A DNA stretch of 64,000 nucleotides from Eledone cirrhosa (GCA_964016885.1 OZ024740.1:391592001-391656000), one strand, 5' to 3'; counted from the first letter of the stretch, positions 29,050-45,248 are shown. Numbers and translations are program-made. The notes: a model not told the origin generated them from the sequence alone.

Positions 29050-29208
29050 ACGAAGGAAATGTGGTAAGGAACCAGGTGGACCATAACGCACCAAAGTACT
29101 CAATACTTGGGGTAGTAGAGTGGGTAATAGGAACCAGGATAAATTTTCATTTAGTCCAGAATTAGCCGTCGAAACGGCTTGAGCTCAGCCGTCGGGGTCT
29201 TACTGATT

Positions 29209-29212
<4 letters not shown>
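29050..29212 (-). mobile_element. Family A element with one arm largely deleted
   Basis: Family tail plus aattagccgtcgaaacggcttgagctcagccgtcgggg. Confidence 0.75.
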
Positions 29213-29254
<42 letters not shown>

Positions 29255-29539
29255 TGTACAAATAGACAGAGAGGTATACCGTGTGTAATGGAATTTCAAT
29301 TACTTGCCAATATATTAAATGTTAAATGAAACTATTCATAAGCGATCAAGAAAATAATCTATGTTGAAGCGGTATATTCAACAGATACTTGATAATCAAG
29401 TACATAAGCATAAAACAGGCACGTTGAACGCGTAACTGCCATAGAACCGTCAGATACATTCTATTCTTTAATTACAACATATTGCTTTATTTCAACGTTT
29501 AAGTACTTTCGAATCATGCGTGTGTGTATATGTGTGTGT

Positions 29540-29618
<79 letters not shown>

Positions 29619-30264
29619 TGTGCGTGTGTGTGTGTGTGCGTATGTGTGTGTGCGTGTGTGCGTGTGTGTGCGTGTGTGCGTGTGTGTGTCTGTGTTAAAT
29701 AATTCTTGAATATGTTTTTGTAATTAATAAATTCATTTATATAAGGATGTACTATTCCAAAACAGAAACATACACATACATATCAGTGTGTGTGCGTGTG
29801 GGTGTCTGTGTGTCTGTGTATATGTGGGTGTCTAGAAAGAAAGGAGAGGAAGAAATACCAATAGATAGGTGGAAAGAGAGAGCAAAAGAGACAAGGAAGG
29901 ACAGAAAGAGAAAGAGAGGGTAAAAGAGACAAGGAAGGACAGACAGAGAAAGAGAGAGTCAATATTTCTGGAAAAGTGTGAGCGTGGGCTTGTATAGTAT
30001 TTTAGAAGCAGATGAAAACAAACTCTGAAATTCAATTGCTATCACATGATTTCAAGATTACAAAGACGACCATTATAATATTTCAAAAATTTACATATAT
30101 CGATGTAGGTAAACAATGAATTTTGATTCTTCTGCACAAATTTTATTGTAGGTTGGACGTAAGCATACACAAAATCTGCACGACAATATAATCATAAGAA
30201 TATAGAAAAATCATATTCTGCAAATTATACTCAACTCAGGTCCTCTTTCTTTCTCTCTCTCTGT

Positions 30265-30336
<72 letters not shown>

Positions 30337-30347
30337 CACACACACAT

Positions 30348-30625
30348 AGGTCCTCAGATATGTCTTGATTCTACGAAGCAGAAAATCAGCTTCGTAGAAT
30401 CAAGACGTATCTGAGGACCTTGCGATTTTCAGAGTCAGATTCGATCATTACATTGATCGTGCCTCGAGCTGGTCGCCAGAGAAACAATTGTAATATGTCC
30501 AATAAATTCCATTCGTCGCAACACTGATTCTCTTTTTTTCTGTGATATCATACTCTGCTCTATGAGAGCATCGAGTGCTCATACGGCCTACTGCAGACGG
30601 ACGCTTTAAGCATCCAACACCAATT
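30348..30625 (+). mobile_element. Short element with 5' hairpin (30348-30420) and hammerhead at 30404-30499
   Basis: gacgtat-CTGAGGA-(~63 nt)-GAAA-CAATTG-TA-atatgtc; ends at (TA)n. Confidence 0.7.
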
Positions 30626-31749
30626 ATATATATATATATATATATACTTATAATTATGTAAGTTCTGGAGAATTGGTTTCCCTGAAAGTAGAGAAAATGA
30701 GTGAACACTCTCAAAGAGAGTTTCGGTTTTGGAATTTGATAGGAGGTTATCTATTGATTGAGATTTTGAACTTGCCTTATTTAGACTCTACTCTACGTGC
30801 AGAACCTTCGCATCAGGCATTAACATTATGCATGGGAAGAAGGCAAGCACTGTTATTCAACTTACGACTAATTAATTAGTCAAAATAAATCTCAACGCCA
30901 GAAGAACGGTATTGATTTTCACATATGGTACCATCCAAAAGAGACAAGAATTCCCATATTCCCCAGTTAGATCACTGCTCATTAACATGTATTGATAAAG
31001 TTCTAATTCTTTTTACGCTCATAAGGGAATTGAACCACGAAATACCTTAGGGCATCTTGATCTGGGGTGTTATTGGTTAACTGTAATGTTACCTTGAGAG
31101 TGTGACAAAATTAATGTAGTCAAGTATTGTTGGTCGTAAAAAAACGCATTAGATCTGATTCCCGCGGTTTGACAAATAATAGACTGCATCGTCTGGTAGA
31201 ATATTCATTACTTTAACAGTTAGGGTTGATAGAGCTTGTCAATAATTTCATATTTTGGCGAACATAAATCAGAAATATTGATCAACAATATTAACATTGC
31301 ATTGCAAAATCAGATTACAGTTTGTTTTCAGTTGGCTAAATACAGCCTTTCTCACAGAGATCATATATGAGTCGGGTCAGCGATTCAAATCAGAGGGAAA
31401 TTACGTGAGTGTTAATGAATAATAAGAGTTGAGTATATTTAATGTAAGATCAAATAAATTTATATTTGATTTGATCGGGATCACGCTATAGAGAACAAGG
31501 AAGTAAAGGGTAAAGTGGTGCGTTGATTAGAAAACTTTAGAAATTTTCTTCGTCGTTGAACAGAAATATTCTGTACTATGACGATCAGGCGAAAATATTG
31601 AAATCTGTTCTCATGACTCATATTATGGTGGCGCAGTCTTCCCCACCAAAAATTGTCGTTGTCTAAGAACAATAACATTACAAATTTTTCTTATTATCAT
31701 GAACCTACACACACATATATAAAACACATACATACACACAAGCTAACAA

Positions 31750-32300
<551 letters not shown>

Positions 32301-32315
32301 CATACATACATATAC

Positions 32316-32358
<43 letters not shown>

Positions 32359-32679
32359 GTAGTGATGCTCTGACATAGCGTGGTTGATACGTGATTGGGG
32401 TTGTATATTGAATTCTTTGGGAAATGTCCATGTAAATAAACATTTCTATAGCCTCGCTATAGATTTTAGAAGTGATTATTAATTCCCCACTAACTAGTAT
32501 TGATTAACCAAAGGAGAGAACTCTCACCGTACCATTTCTGGTTCTTTAGCCGTCTTAAGCGAGCATTACTCCTTCTTAGATGTTAAGAAGAAAATAAGCT
32601 AAAACTTATAGGTTTTATGCTTATGAACATCGGCTGACGAATCTCATTTGCATACAGAACAAAAATTGACGGGCTCTAA

Positions 32680-32785
32680 TTAATTGTTTCTACTTTTGGC
32701 ACAAGGCCAGCAATTACCCCAGTGTATTACTGGTACTTTATTTTATCGACCCTGTAAGGATGAAAGGCAAAGTTAACCTCGGCGG
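32680..32785 (-). mobile_element. SINE 3' half (other partial copies at 34523-34586 - and 45337-45411 +; diverged copies ~22515-22630 - and ~46845-46965 -)
   Basis: Core and 3' end match the family. Confidence 0.75.
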
Positions 32786-33371
32786 AGAGGTAGAGATGCT
32801 CTTACATAACGTGATTGATACGGGAGTAGGGTTGTATATTTAATCATATACGAAATATCCAGGTAAATGAATATTTCTATAGCCTCGCTATGAATTTTTG
32901 ATGAATATCAAACAGGTCCGCTCGGAAATGATCAACCAAGTATCGGCCAGGTACACCTGCCGAGTCGGATGTTAACAAAGATACACGTAAAGTCTTGCAG
33001 CATGGAAGTTAGATTTAGGACCACATAGACTTGTGATACTGCAGATGAATGAACAGATATTAAAATAGGAACAGAAGCAGGTGGAAATGTTCCAAGCTGC
33101 ATGTGTCTATGGTTTGAAGGAACTAAATTTATTTTAAAACGAGCTAATATGGTAGCATTTATGTAGTCGCTTGACTTGTCTTGAAGAGGGGACATATTTA
33201 AGAATGTAGTTCAGAGCCATTATATATGAAAGTCGGGTAGAAATGTGCTAGAATATCTTTGATCATAGACTTATTCATTCAGGGATAATCTGAAGCGAAA
33301 AAATACACAGCAACAACATAATTAAGGTATAAATGCAAATAGAACATTTATTTTGAATGAACGAAAGTCAG

Positions 33372-33391
33372 ATGTCGTCGTCGTTGTTGTT

Positions 33392-33480
<89 letters not shown>

Positions 33481-33484
33481 GGTG

Positions 33485-33530
<46 letters not shown>

Positions 33531-33602
33531 CAGCAGCAGCAGCAGAAACAGCAGTAGTAGTAGTGGTAGTAATGGTAGTAGTGGTGGTGGTGGTAGTAGT
33601 AC

Positions 33603-33638
<36 letters not shown>
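33372..33638. repeat. (GTA)n/(GTG)n trinucleotide array
   Basis: Direct reading. Confidence 0.95.
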
Positions 33639-33802
33639 GAGAGCATTTACACTATTATATACAAGGAGTTTGTAAGAAAGTTTGAAAAAAGAAAGCTAAA
33701 AAAGCTAAAGTTGAAAACAGTCTTACATCCAATACATCATTGAAAGAAAATCTGTTACATACAAATATAATATGCGCGCGCATGTGTGTGTGTGAGAGAT
33801 AG

Positions 33803-33875
<73 letters not shown>

Positions 33876-34693
33876 GAGAGAGAGATAGAGAGAGAGAGTG
33901 TGTGTGTGTGTGGGCGTATGTGAACACGCAAATATATGTGTGCCTACGTACGTGTACGGAAATGTTGATGCATGGTCGATGATGTAATTGACGCATAAAT
34001 TTAGAGAAATATTCATAATTTTCATGAATATACAATACTGATTATATATTCACTGAAATACATCAAGGTTTCATATTATATAGTACTAGGATATATAAAC
34101 CACCTTTAACCTTTGCACGCTTTCTCATAATGTTTGGAGATCACTGCAGTTGGTGCCTAGATTGAAGAACTATATATTAATGCATAGAGGTACCAGTCAA
34201 TTAGGAAGCCTCTAGGTGGTCATTCGATCTGCTAGAAATATCACCTGGGATCACACTCTACCTTCATAAATATGGAAACGACAAATATTTGGAATGCATG
34301 TTATATGTCTACTGGGTTTCAGGATTGAATTGATGAGAATCTATGATCTATGATGAGAATCTATGATCTATGATGAGAATCTTGATCTTTGTATTCAGGA
34401 GCCAAAGCAGAGCTTCTACTTCATAGCTGAACATGATAGGCATGACAGCCAAATCTTCCTCAAAACATGTCTTACTGTCTACAAAGCAGACACTATAAGA
34501 AGGTATTAATCTGGTAAAAACATAATTGTTTCTACTTTTGGCACAAGGCCAGCAATTACCCAGTGCATTACTGGTACTTTATTTTAAAAACATAATGACA
34601 ACCATAGACACACACGTATGCACATTCAAATAAATACATACATGAATACACATATATACATACATATACATATATATACATATACATCCATAT

Positions 34694-34740
<47 letters not shown>

Positions 34741-34791
34741 TATATACATATTTATATATATATACATATATATACACACATATATATATTA

Positions 34792-35028
34792 ATTTATTAA
34801 AATAACAGATTAAAGTTTAAGCAAAGAATCGCTGCTTTCACCCTTAACTGGATCTTCTAAAAACTGGGTTTTCAGAAGATCAAGTTAAGGGTGAAAGAAG
34901 CGATTCTTTGCTTAAACTTTAATCTGTTATTTTAATAAATATTTGCTCTACGGTTCTTATATATTTGATATATATTTATCCTTATCGAGCCCTCTTTGGA
35001 TTTTAGTCTTCAAATTTATTATTATTAC

Positions 35029-35030
<2 letters not shown>
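34792..35030 (+). mobile_element. Fold-back element (hairpin 34792-34940) with 3' tail, between TA-rich arrays
   Basis: ~73-bp arms with few mismatches, apex near 34866. Confidence 0.7.
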
Positions 35031-35082
<52 letters not shown>

Positions 35083-35098
35083 TGTGTGTGCACGCGCG

Positions 35099-35147
<49 letters not shown>

Positions 35148-35525
35148 ATATATGTATATATATATATATATAAATACATATATATATATACACACACACA
35201 CGCGCACACACGCGTGCACACACACACATATATATATACACTGTGATGAATTACAAGGTAAGAGACCTCAGTACAAAGTTGAACGAAGTTTATAAGTTAT
35301 ATAATCTACAACATGGTTGTAGATTATATAAATCAAATATTTCATTGTTATTCGTAGTGTTATCCCTATTGATTGTAAAATATCGCCGTTAGAAATACAT
35401 AAAACGTGGGAGCATCAGACAAAATGTATGGACATTTAAAATGACCACATAAATGACTACACGAGAGTATGATCCATGAAAAATAACTCAAACGACGTAG
35501 ATAATATATAACACAAACACGCACC

Positions 35526-35710
35526 GGTGGATTGGCAGTATCGGTAGAGGGTCGGACGCCATGCTTTCCAGCATAGTTACGTCCCTTTACGATCTGAGTT
35601 CAAATCCCGCCGGGTTGACTTTGCCTTTCATCCTTACGGGGTCGATAAAATAAAGTACCAGTAATGCACTGGGTAATTGCTGGCCTTGTGCCTAAAGTAG
35701 AAACAATTAT
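35526..35710 (+). mobile_element. Full SINE
   Basis: A and B boxes, core, 3' end. Confidence 0.9.
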
Positions 35711-35729
35711 ATATATATATATATATATA

Positions 35730-35870
35730 AAGAAAGAATAGTGGTAAGGAACCAAATGGACCATAACGCACTAGAGTCCTCAATACTTAGGGTAGTAGAG
35801 TGGGTAATAGGAAAAAGTATGACCCCGACGGCAGAGCTCAAGCCGTTTCGACGGCTATTTCTGGAGTCCA

Positions 35871-35873
<3 letters not shown>
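35730..35873 (-). mobile_element. Family A element ending just past the stem II apex
   Basis: Single arm ..gacggctatttctggagtccagaa then (TA)n. Confidence 0.75.
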
Positions 35874-35906
<33 letters not shown>

Positions 35907-36079
35907 AAAAAAAGATGAAATCGAAAATGCAACTGGAGTCTTATTTTTTAAAAAATATATGTATTTATTTGGTTCCTTTACCGGTTTCGCTGTTCTTCTG
36001 CTTTACAAAAGTAGAGTTGAGATGGAGGGTTTGTGGTTTTTCTCACATCTGGTTGGTCTTTGAATGTTACTTGTTTTAT

Positions 36080-36730
36080 ATGGAGAAAAGTGGCTTGAAA
36101 TGCCAGGTTTTTAGAGACGTAGAGACAGAGTGGAAATTGTTCAGCGAAAGATTGCGGTCGAAAGAGCGTTATTGTCACGCCGGATGGCAGGGGAGGGGGA
36201 ATGGCTCAATCAAAAGGTCAAAGATGCTATCCAAGCATAGAAGGAGGCCTTCAAAACTTGGCTTGGAAATAAGTCCTTATTCATTCGCTTGTGAGCAGGC
36301 ACGATGAATTTGAGCAGACAGTAAATGCGCCCAAAGTTAAGACATGGTAGGCCTTTGGGGTTAAGTTGGAAGCCGACATCAGATCACTCAATAAAGTGTT
36401 CTGGCAGACAATACGCCTACATTGTAACAAGAAGTCTTCCCCCACACCTGCTATCAGGAACGTGTCTGGAGTTCTCGCTTTAGAGAGGTGCATCCTCGCG
36501 AGGTGGAAAGAATATTTTGCTGATCTCCTAAACCGACACCAGCATCTTCGATGTACACGAAGTGCATACACAATGACAATCGGGAGAGAAAATCCCAATT
36601 TTCAAAGTGGGAGACAAGATATATTGTTCCAATTACAGAGGGATCTCCTTGTTAAGCCGGTAAAGTCTATGCTAAGTGTCTGGCAAAGAGATGTAGGGAG
36701 ATTGTCGAGTCCAAGCTAGCTAATGAACAG
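36080..36730 (+). pseudogene. Decayed, internally deleted RTE-type LINE fragment
   Basis: DVETEWKLF, ILARWKEYFADLLN, NYRGISLL. Confidence 0.65.
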
Positions 36731-38132
<1,402 letters not shown>

Positions 38133-38171
38133 GTATATATATATGTATGTATATATATATATATATATGTA

Positions 38172-38216
<45 letters not shown>

Positions 38217-38224
<8 letters not shown>

Positions 38225-39418
38225 GATAAATCAAAGTGAATTTAATCTAAATCAAAATTATGGGTTTCATGCCAGAAAGGCATGCGCCATATCACCCGTA
38301 AAATAAGCTCCAAGATTCTAATGAATAGGTCCGAGCATTTTATAGAACTAGAAATTGATTAACATATAAATAAACATATGAAACAATCACAGGGGATAAT
38401 TTTTCTAAGTGTAAATAAAGCTAACTAGAACTTCAAAAATAGATACCTTATAATATGATTAATCTTCCCTGTATATATTCCATTAAAGAAATATATTTCA
38501 CCAATTAATCGAATGGTAAACCACGGAGGCCGATACTTGGATTTTCAACAAGGAAGAAGTCCAATCATATTATAAGGTATCTATTTTTGAAGTTCTGGTC
38601 AACTTTATTTAGTTACCTACCTAGCTATGCGTGCTTGCACACTTGTAAAAATTATCCCCTGTGATTGTTTCATATGTTTATTTATATGTTAATCAATTTC
38701 TAGTTGTTATAAAATGCTCGGACCTATTCATTAGAATCTTGGAGCTTATTTTACGGGTGATTTGGCGCATGCCTTTCTGGTATAACACCCATAATTTTGA
38801 TTTAGATTAAATTCACTTTGATTTATCTTAATTTTGGATATAGATATATAAATACGGCTCCTTAATTGTAGAGCTAACTCTGTTGAAAGGACTTGACTGC
38901 TGTTTCTAGTTGTCGATAACCCTATTCACGCCACTGGGACGAAGCTGGTATGATGTGTGTATTTCTAGTAGATAAAGCACGTGTTACTGGCCAGTCGCTG
39001 ATTTGAACTTAATGCGTAAACAGAGATGGCTGGACTTCTTCGTTGTTGAAAATCCAAGTATCGGCCTGTATACATATATGCATGTACGTGTACATACTAA
39101 TATGATTAATCTTCCCTGTATATATTCCATTAAAGAAATATATTTCACCAATTAATCGAATGGTAAATCACAGATGCCGAGACTTGGATTTTCAACAAGG
39201 AAGGCATCCGTGGTTTACCATTCGATTAATTGGTGAAATATATTTCTTTAATGGATTATATACAAGAAATATTAATCATATTATAAGGTATCTATTTTTG
39301 AAGTTCTGGTCAACTTTATTTAGTTACCTACCTAGCTATGTGTGCTTACACACTTGTAAAAATTATCCCCTGTGATTGTTTCATATGTTTATTTATATGT
39401 TAATCAATTTCTAGTTGT

Positions 39419-39420
<2 letters not shown>
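38217..39420. mobile_element. Family B cluster: large fold-back 38217-38836 and second copy of the internal hairpin 39098-39283
   Basis: Homology to 19459-20022 in both orientations. Confidence 0.8.
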
Positions 39421-39449
<29 letters not shown>

Positions 39450-40494
39450 ATATCTATCTCTCCCATCTATCTCTACATAACATATACATAAATGTGTGTT
39501 TTGGTAATTTGGGGATAAAAATATAATTATTGGGGAGCTGGGTGAGGCATTCCCCCTGCCACCCCCCGCCGTTCCACCGCCCCTGCAGACACACACACAT
39601 ATATATTACATAATAAACAACACAATATAATCATTCCATTATTGTGTTGTTTATTATGCAACTAAATAGCTCTGTACTATACATAGAGCACTCTTCTTTC
39701 CTTTACCTTTTCTACAGAAATACTTAACACACACACATATACACACACACACACACATATATATATCAAAATGAAAATCCGAAGGCAAGGTAAAATTTCC
39801 AATCATTTTAATCACGACACATGTTTCAATAAGAGATAGATCGATCGTGAAGACATGATCGATTATCACTGATCTCGTCAGGTGAAAATGAATTGTCTTC
39901 AAATTCTTGATATGAGGGAGAAAATTAGCAATGTTTACTCCCAGAGTTTATTCCCTCATATGAAGATCAAGCAGTCAAAATACGGCGACTGCTATCATCT
40001 TCAGTTAAGGTCATAAAACTATCAAGTTTCTATATCCCAATAGCTGCAAAAGTCGCTGGACATCAATCAAATCTGTAGAATTACAGTTGGTCACGGTTAA
40101 TGTGAGTGAGTACACACACACTTAACACCGACTCGAGGTCAAAGAAAAAATATATATACACATACCAACACAGTATCAGATCTGTAGAACTATAGACGGT
40201 CACAATTAGTGTGAGTAGGTACGCACACACTCTCACACACACTGAAGCGATGTCAAAGAAAAAATAATAAATATAAGAATATACCAACATAGCATTCACC
40301 GAAAGTTAGTTTACAAAACAACAAATGTTATATTGGTTAAATCTCAATTTAACGATGTAAATTGGAAATATTGGGTCAACCACAACCCTATACACACGCA
40401 AATAAGTTCAGTTCAGTGTTCTGCTATACGAGTATAGATTGAATTGTAACATCTGTATCTACAAATAGTGTATGTTATGGTATATACACATCTG

Positions 40495-40592
<98 letters not shown>

Positions 40593-40680
40593 GAAGGTGA
40601 GTTTTATTGTAGTATAATAAAGCAATGCAGATATCGGATAAGAAGCACTCTACAGTTTGTAGGACTGGAGTATACATAAT

Positions 40681-40946
40681 ATATAAGAACAAAAGATGGT
40701 TAAAAGAGTTCCATGTATTTTATTATGCGCATTTCAAAAAATGATATGGTAATGATATGTTGATTTCAAAAAATCATATGGTAATGATATGTTGATTTAA
40801 AACTGAACTATCCACACGTGTTTTTTAACCTTCATATCATGTCTTCCTGTTTTATCTGATGAAAACACAAATATTATTGCATGATGATATTTGTTTTTGA
40901 AATGCGCATAATAAAATACATGGAACTCTTTTAACCATCTTTTGTT

Positions 40947-40953
<7 letters not shown>
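40681..40953 (+). mobile_element. Short element with 60-bp inverted arms, 32-bp junction duplication and hammerhead
   Basis: Arms 40681-40740 and 40894-40953; ends at (TA)n. Confidence 0.8.
40850..40916 (+). ncRNA. Minimal type-I hammerhead ribozyme motif, apparently intact
   Basis: ttttat-CTGATGA-aaacacaaatatt..gatatttgttttt-GAAA-TGCGCA-TA-ataaaa; palindromic ATGCGCAT. Confidence 0.85.
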
Positions 40954-40987
<34 letters not shown>

Positions 40988-40991
<4 letters not shown>

Positions 40992-41184
40992 ATGTTCAAG
41001 ACCACGACGGCAGAGCTGAAGCCGTTTCGACGTCTATTTCTGAAATAGCTGTCGAAACGGCTTGAGCTTCGCCGTCGGGGATCTTGAACAATTTCCTGTT
41101 ACCCACTCTACTACCCTAAGTATTGAGTAATCTAGTGCGTTATGGTCCACCTGGTTCCTTACCACACTACCAAACTTCCTTCGC
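40988..41184 (+). mobile_element. Family A hairpin element
   Basis: Arms with tgttcaaga linker; apex ctatttc-t-gaaatag. Confidence 0.8.
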
Positions 41185-41632
41185 TATATATATATATATA
41201 TATATATAGAGAAAATTGAGGTTGGTAATGGCACATGGAATATATAAGAGACAGAATACTTTTTTGTGAAAAAACATAATTTTATAAGGTAAGGAAATAA
41301 TAAAGGGTATAAAAGATGACCGGTTTCGATGGGTCTGCAAAAGCCATCTTTTCAAATGTTGATTAATATTAAGAAAAATTAATAATACGAAGAGTTAAAA
41401 TTTGAGACTTGAAAATTCAAGTATAAAATTCATTGTGGGATTTCATAGCAGTTTTCATCTAGGTAGCAACAACAGGTTGACTGCTGTGTCCCTTTCTGGT
41501 AGTGAATGAGAAGTTATTTGGGGTGTGGGTTATTTTATAAAGGTCAGATTTAGCAATAGCCAGCTGCTGGTCAGTGAGGGGGTGGAAGCAATATACACAC
41601 ACATACCTTCATCCACACATACATACACATAC

Positions 41633-41673
<41 letters not shown>

Positions 41674-41734
41674 CACACATACATACACACACACATACAT
41701 ATACATACACACACACACACACATATATACACAT

Positions 41735-41783
<49 letters not shown>

Positions 41784-41814
41784 TATATATACATACACAT
41801 ACATCCAGATACAC

Positions 41815-41910
<96 letters not shown>

Positions 41911-42460
41911 CCCCACACATACATACACACACACATATATATATATACATACACACATACAAACATACACACACACACACACACACATATATATACACAC
42001 ATACACACACATATATATACACACACACACACACACACATGCATATATATATATATATACACATACGCATACATCCAGATACCCACATACATACACACAC
42101 ACACACACACACGCACACACAATACATACATCCACATGCACACACATACTCACACACACACACACACACATACATACACCCACACACAGAGAAATGGCCT
42201 TCAAATATATATATATATATATACATACAGACACATATATTTTTTCCATAATATAAGAAGTTGGGGCAGTGAAATTAAAATAATTCTGTGTGCGCATATA
42301 TATATAGATATACGTGTGTGCACGTGCAGGGTTTAACATGGATGTGTTGGTCACACAAAGGCATGGTCTGTCAATGAATAAACCTGATTCTACAGAATTG
42401 GTCTCTGGTCTTTAATAGTAGTGATTCCGTGCGTATGTGTGTTTATATTTTATGACAATT

Positions 42461-43522
42461 CTATTGGGGTGATAACCCGTTTAGTTTTGGTTTAAATTTG
42501 TTAAGGAATAGATTTTCTTTGTTTATTCTTTGTTGTTGTGTGAACGAATCTGAGCACTTGTAGAAGGGGAAGATTTTAAAGTTGGGTAGTGTCATTCCTG
42601 CGCAGTTCGCAATATGGCTGCTCAAGGGGATTTTTCTTGTGTTAGCGTCCCGGATTTGTTGGCGGTGGATGGTCATTCTTTTGCGTAATGAGGTGCCCGT
42701 CTGTCCTATGTAGTTGTGTTTGCACCCACCGCAAGTTATTGCGTAAATCAAGTTCTCCGAGTTGCAGGTGAAATTGTTTTTTACTGTAAATGTTTGGCCA
42801 TCTTTGAATGTAAATGTTTGTCCTTCAGTGAGGTAGAGGCACGTTCCACAGTTTGTTCTACCACATTTGGTAACTGTAGGGTTGAGGATTGGTTTGGGTA
42901 TATTTGGTCCAGTGAGAATGCGTTTAAGTGATTTGGGTTGTCTTTTACTTTTAAGGATCTTGTGTGTTTCAAGAATAGACTTCATTTTTACATCTTTAAG
43001 TAGGATGGGGAGGTTTTTGTGTAGGTGATCAAACATTTCGGTATTTCTGGGGTTGAAAGTGGATACATATGGCAGGGTGTTGAGTGTGGTTTTCTGTTTT
43101 GGATTGTTAAGTTGATGGGGATTTAGGTGTTTTGCCCTGTCTATTCCATTGTTGATTATTTCAAGTGGAAAGGCTCTTAAGATAAGGGTGTCTTTTAGTT
43201 CCTTTAGTCTTTGCTCCCGTTTAGGTGGATCTGATACTATGGTACATATACGTTTGGCCAAATTGTAAGGAATGTTAAGTTTTGTATGTTTTGGGTGACT
43301 TGATGTGAAAAAGAGGTATTGCTTGGAATCTGTGGGTTTATAGAATATATCTGTATCTAATTTCCCGTCTATTACAGAGATGAGAATATCCAAGAAGGCT
43401 AATTCCTTAGGATTGGATTCCATTGTGAATTGTATGTTATTATCTATGTTGTTTATCATGTTTTTAAACGTAGTAAGTGAGTTCATGTCTTCTTGCCATA
43501 GGATAAAGCAGTCGTCTAGATA
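42461..43522 (-). CDS. Penelope-like RT C-terminal part plus Cys linker and GIY-YIG endonuclease (5'-truncated, otherwise open)
   Basis: YLDDCFILW at 43522 downwards, FLDI, YKPTD, SSHP, KCGRTNCGTC, LIYAITCGGCKHNYIGQT, R..IH, KPKLN. Confidence 0.9.
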   Translation of the reverse strand, partial: YLDDCFILWQEDMNSLTTFKNMINNIDNNIQFTMESNPKELAFLDILISVIDGKLDTDIFYKPTDSKQYLFFTSSHPKHTKLNIPYNLAKRICTIVSDPPKREQRLKELKDTLILRAFPLEIINNGIDRAKHLNPHQLNNPKQKTTLNTLPYVSTFNPRNTEMFDHLHKNLPILLKDVKMKSILETHKILKSKRQPKSLKRILTGPNIPKPILNPTVTKCGRTNCGTCLYLTEGQTFTFKDGQTFTVKNNFTCNSENLIYAITCGGCKHNYIGQTGTSLRKRMTIHRQQIRDANTRKIPLSSHIANCAGMTLPNFKIFPFYKCSDSFTQQQRINKENLFLNKFKPKLNGLSPQ

Positions 43523-43571
43523 AAAAACAATTTAGCAGTCGTCTAGATAAAAAACAATAAAGCAGTCGTCT

Positions 43572-43896
43572 AGTAAAAAACAATTTCACCTGCAACTCGG
43601 AGAACTTGATTTACGCAATAACTTGCGGTGGGTGCAAACACAACTACATAGGACAGACGGGCACCTCATTACGCAAAAGAATGACCATCCACCGCCAACA
43701 AATCCGGGACGCTAACACAAGAAAAATCCCCTTGAGCAGCCATATTGCGAACTGCGCAGGAATGACACTACCCAACTTTAAAATCTTCCCCTTCTACAAG
43801 TGCTCAGATTCGTTCACACAACAACAAAGAATAAACAAAGAAAATCTATTCCTTAACAAATTTAAACCAAAACTAAACGGGTTATCACCCCAATAG
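43572..43896 (+). CDS. Inverted duplicate of the GIY-YIG domain
   Basis: Peptide identical to the C-terminus of 42461..43486. Confidence 0.85.
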
Positions 43897-44446
43897 AATT
43901 GTCATAAAATATAAACACACATACGCACGGAATCACTACTATTAAAGACCAGAGACCAATTCTGTAGAATCAGGTTTATTCATTGACAGACCATGCCTTT
44001 GTGTGACCAACACATCCATGTTAAACCCTGCACGTGCACACACGTATATCTATATATATATGCGCACACAGAATTATTTTAATTTCACTGCCCCAACTTC
44101 TTATATTATGGAAAAAATATATGTGTCTGTATGTATATATATATATATATATTTGAAGGCCATTTCTCTGTGTGTGGGTGTATGTATGTGTGTGTGTGTG
44201 TGTGTGAGTATGTGTGTGCATGTGGATGTATGTATTGTGTGTGCGTGTGTGTGTGTGTGTGTGTATGTATGTGGGTATCTGGATGTATGCGTATGTGTAT
44301 ATATATATATATATGCATGTGTGTGTGTGTGTGTGTGTATATATATGTGTGTGTATGTGTGTATATATATGTGTGTGTGTGTGTGTGTGTATGTTTGTAT
44401 GTGTGTATGTATATATATATATGTGTGTGTGTATGTATGTGTGGGG

Positions 44447-44540
<94 letters not shown>

Positions 44541-44571
44541 GTGTATCTGGATGTATGTGTATGTATATATA

Positions 44572-44620
<49 letters not shown>

Positions 44621-44681
44621 ATGTGTATATATGTGTGTGTGTGTGTGTGTGTATATGTATGTGTGTGTGTATGTATGTGTG

Positions 44682-44722
<41 letters not shown>

Positions 44723-44994
44723 GTATGTGTATGTATGTGTGGATGAAGGTATGTGTGTGTATATTGCTTCCACCCCCTCACTGACCAGCAGCTGGCTATT
44801 GCTAAATCTGACCTTTATAAAATAACCCACACCCCAAATAACTTCTCATTCACTACCAGAAAGGGACACAGCAGTCAACCTGTTGTTGCTACCTAGATGA
44901 AAACTGCTATGAAATCCCACAATGAATTTTATACTTGAATTTTCAAGTCTCAAATTTTAACTCTTCGTATTATTAATTTTTCTTAATATTAATC

Positions 44995-45042
44995 AACATT
45001 TGAAAAGATGGCTTTTGCAGACCCATCGAAACCGGTCATCTT
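44995..45042 (+). ncRNA. Minimal hammerhead motif, U3-A8 variant
   Basis: aacat-TTGAAAA-GATGG cttttgcagac CCATC-GAAA-CCGG-TC-atctt. Confidence 0.7.
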
Positions 45043-45178
45043 TTATACCCTTTATTATTTCCTTACCTTATAAAATTATGTTTTTTCACAAAAAAGTATT
45101 CTGTCTCTTATATATTCCATGTGCCATTACCAACCTCAATTTTCTCTATAACCTTCGTTTTGTGTAGAAAATTACACT

Positions 45179-45248
<70 letters not shown>

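Larger units (their letters stand above)
41205..45182. mobile_element. Young 5'-truncated Neptune-type Penelope-like element with ~1.58-kb inverted duplication (41205-42783 and 43572-45150)
   Basis: Arms nearly identical, including mixed microsatellite; (TA)n on both sides; U3-A8 hammerheads at 44995-45042 (+) and 41313-41360 (-). Confidence 0.92.

Noticed and set aside
32353-32892. Diverged ~110-bp direct duplications (also 40066-40295) and a 16-bp hairpin at 35297-35331
   Set aside because: Ordinary local duplications with no further structure seen.
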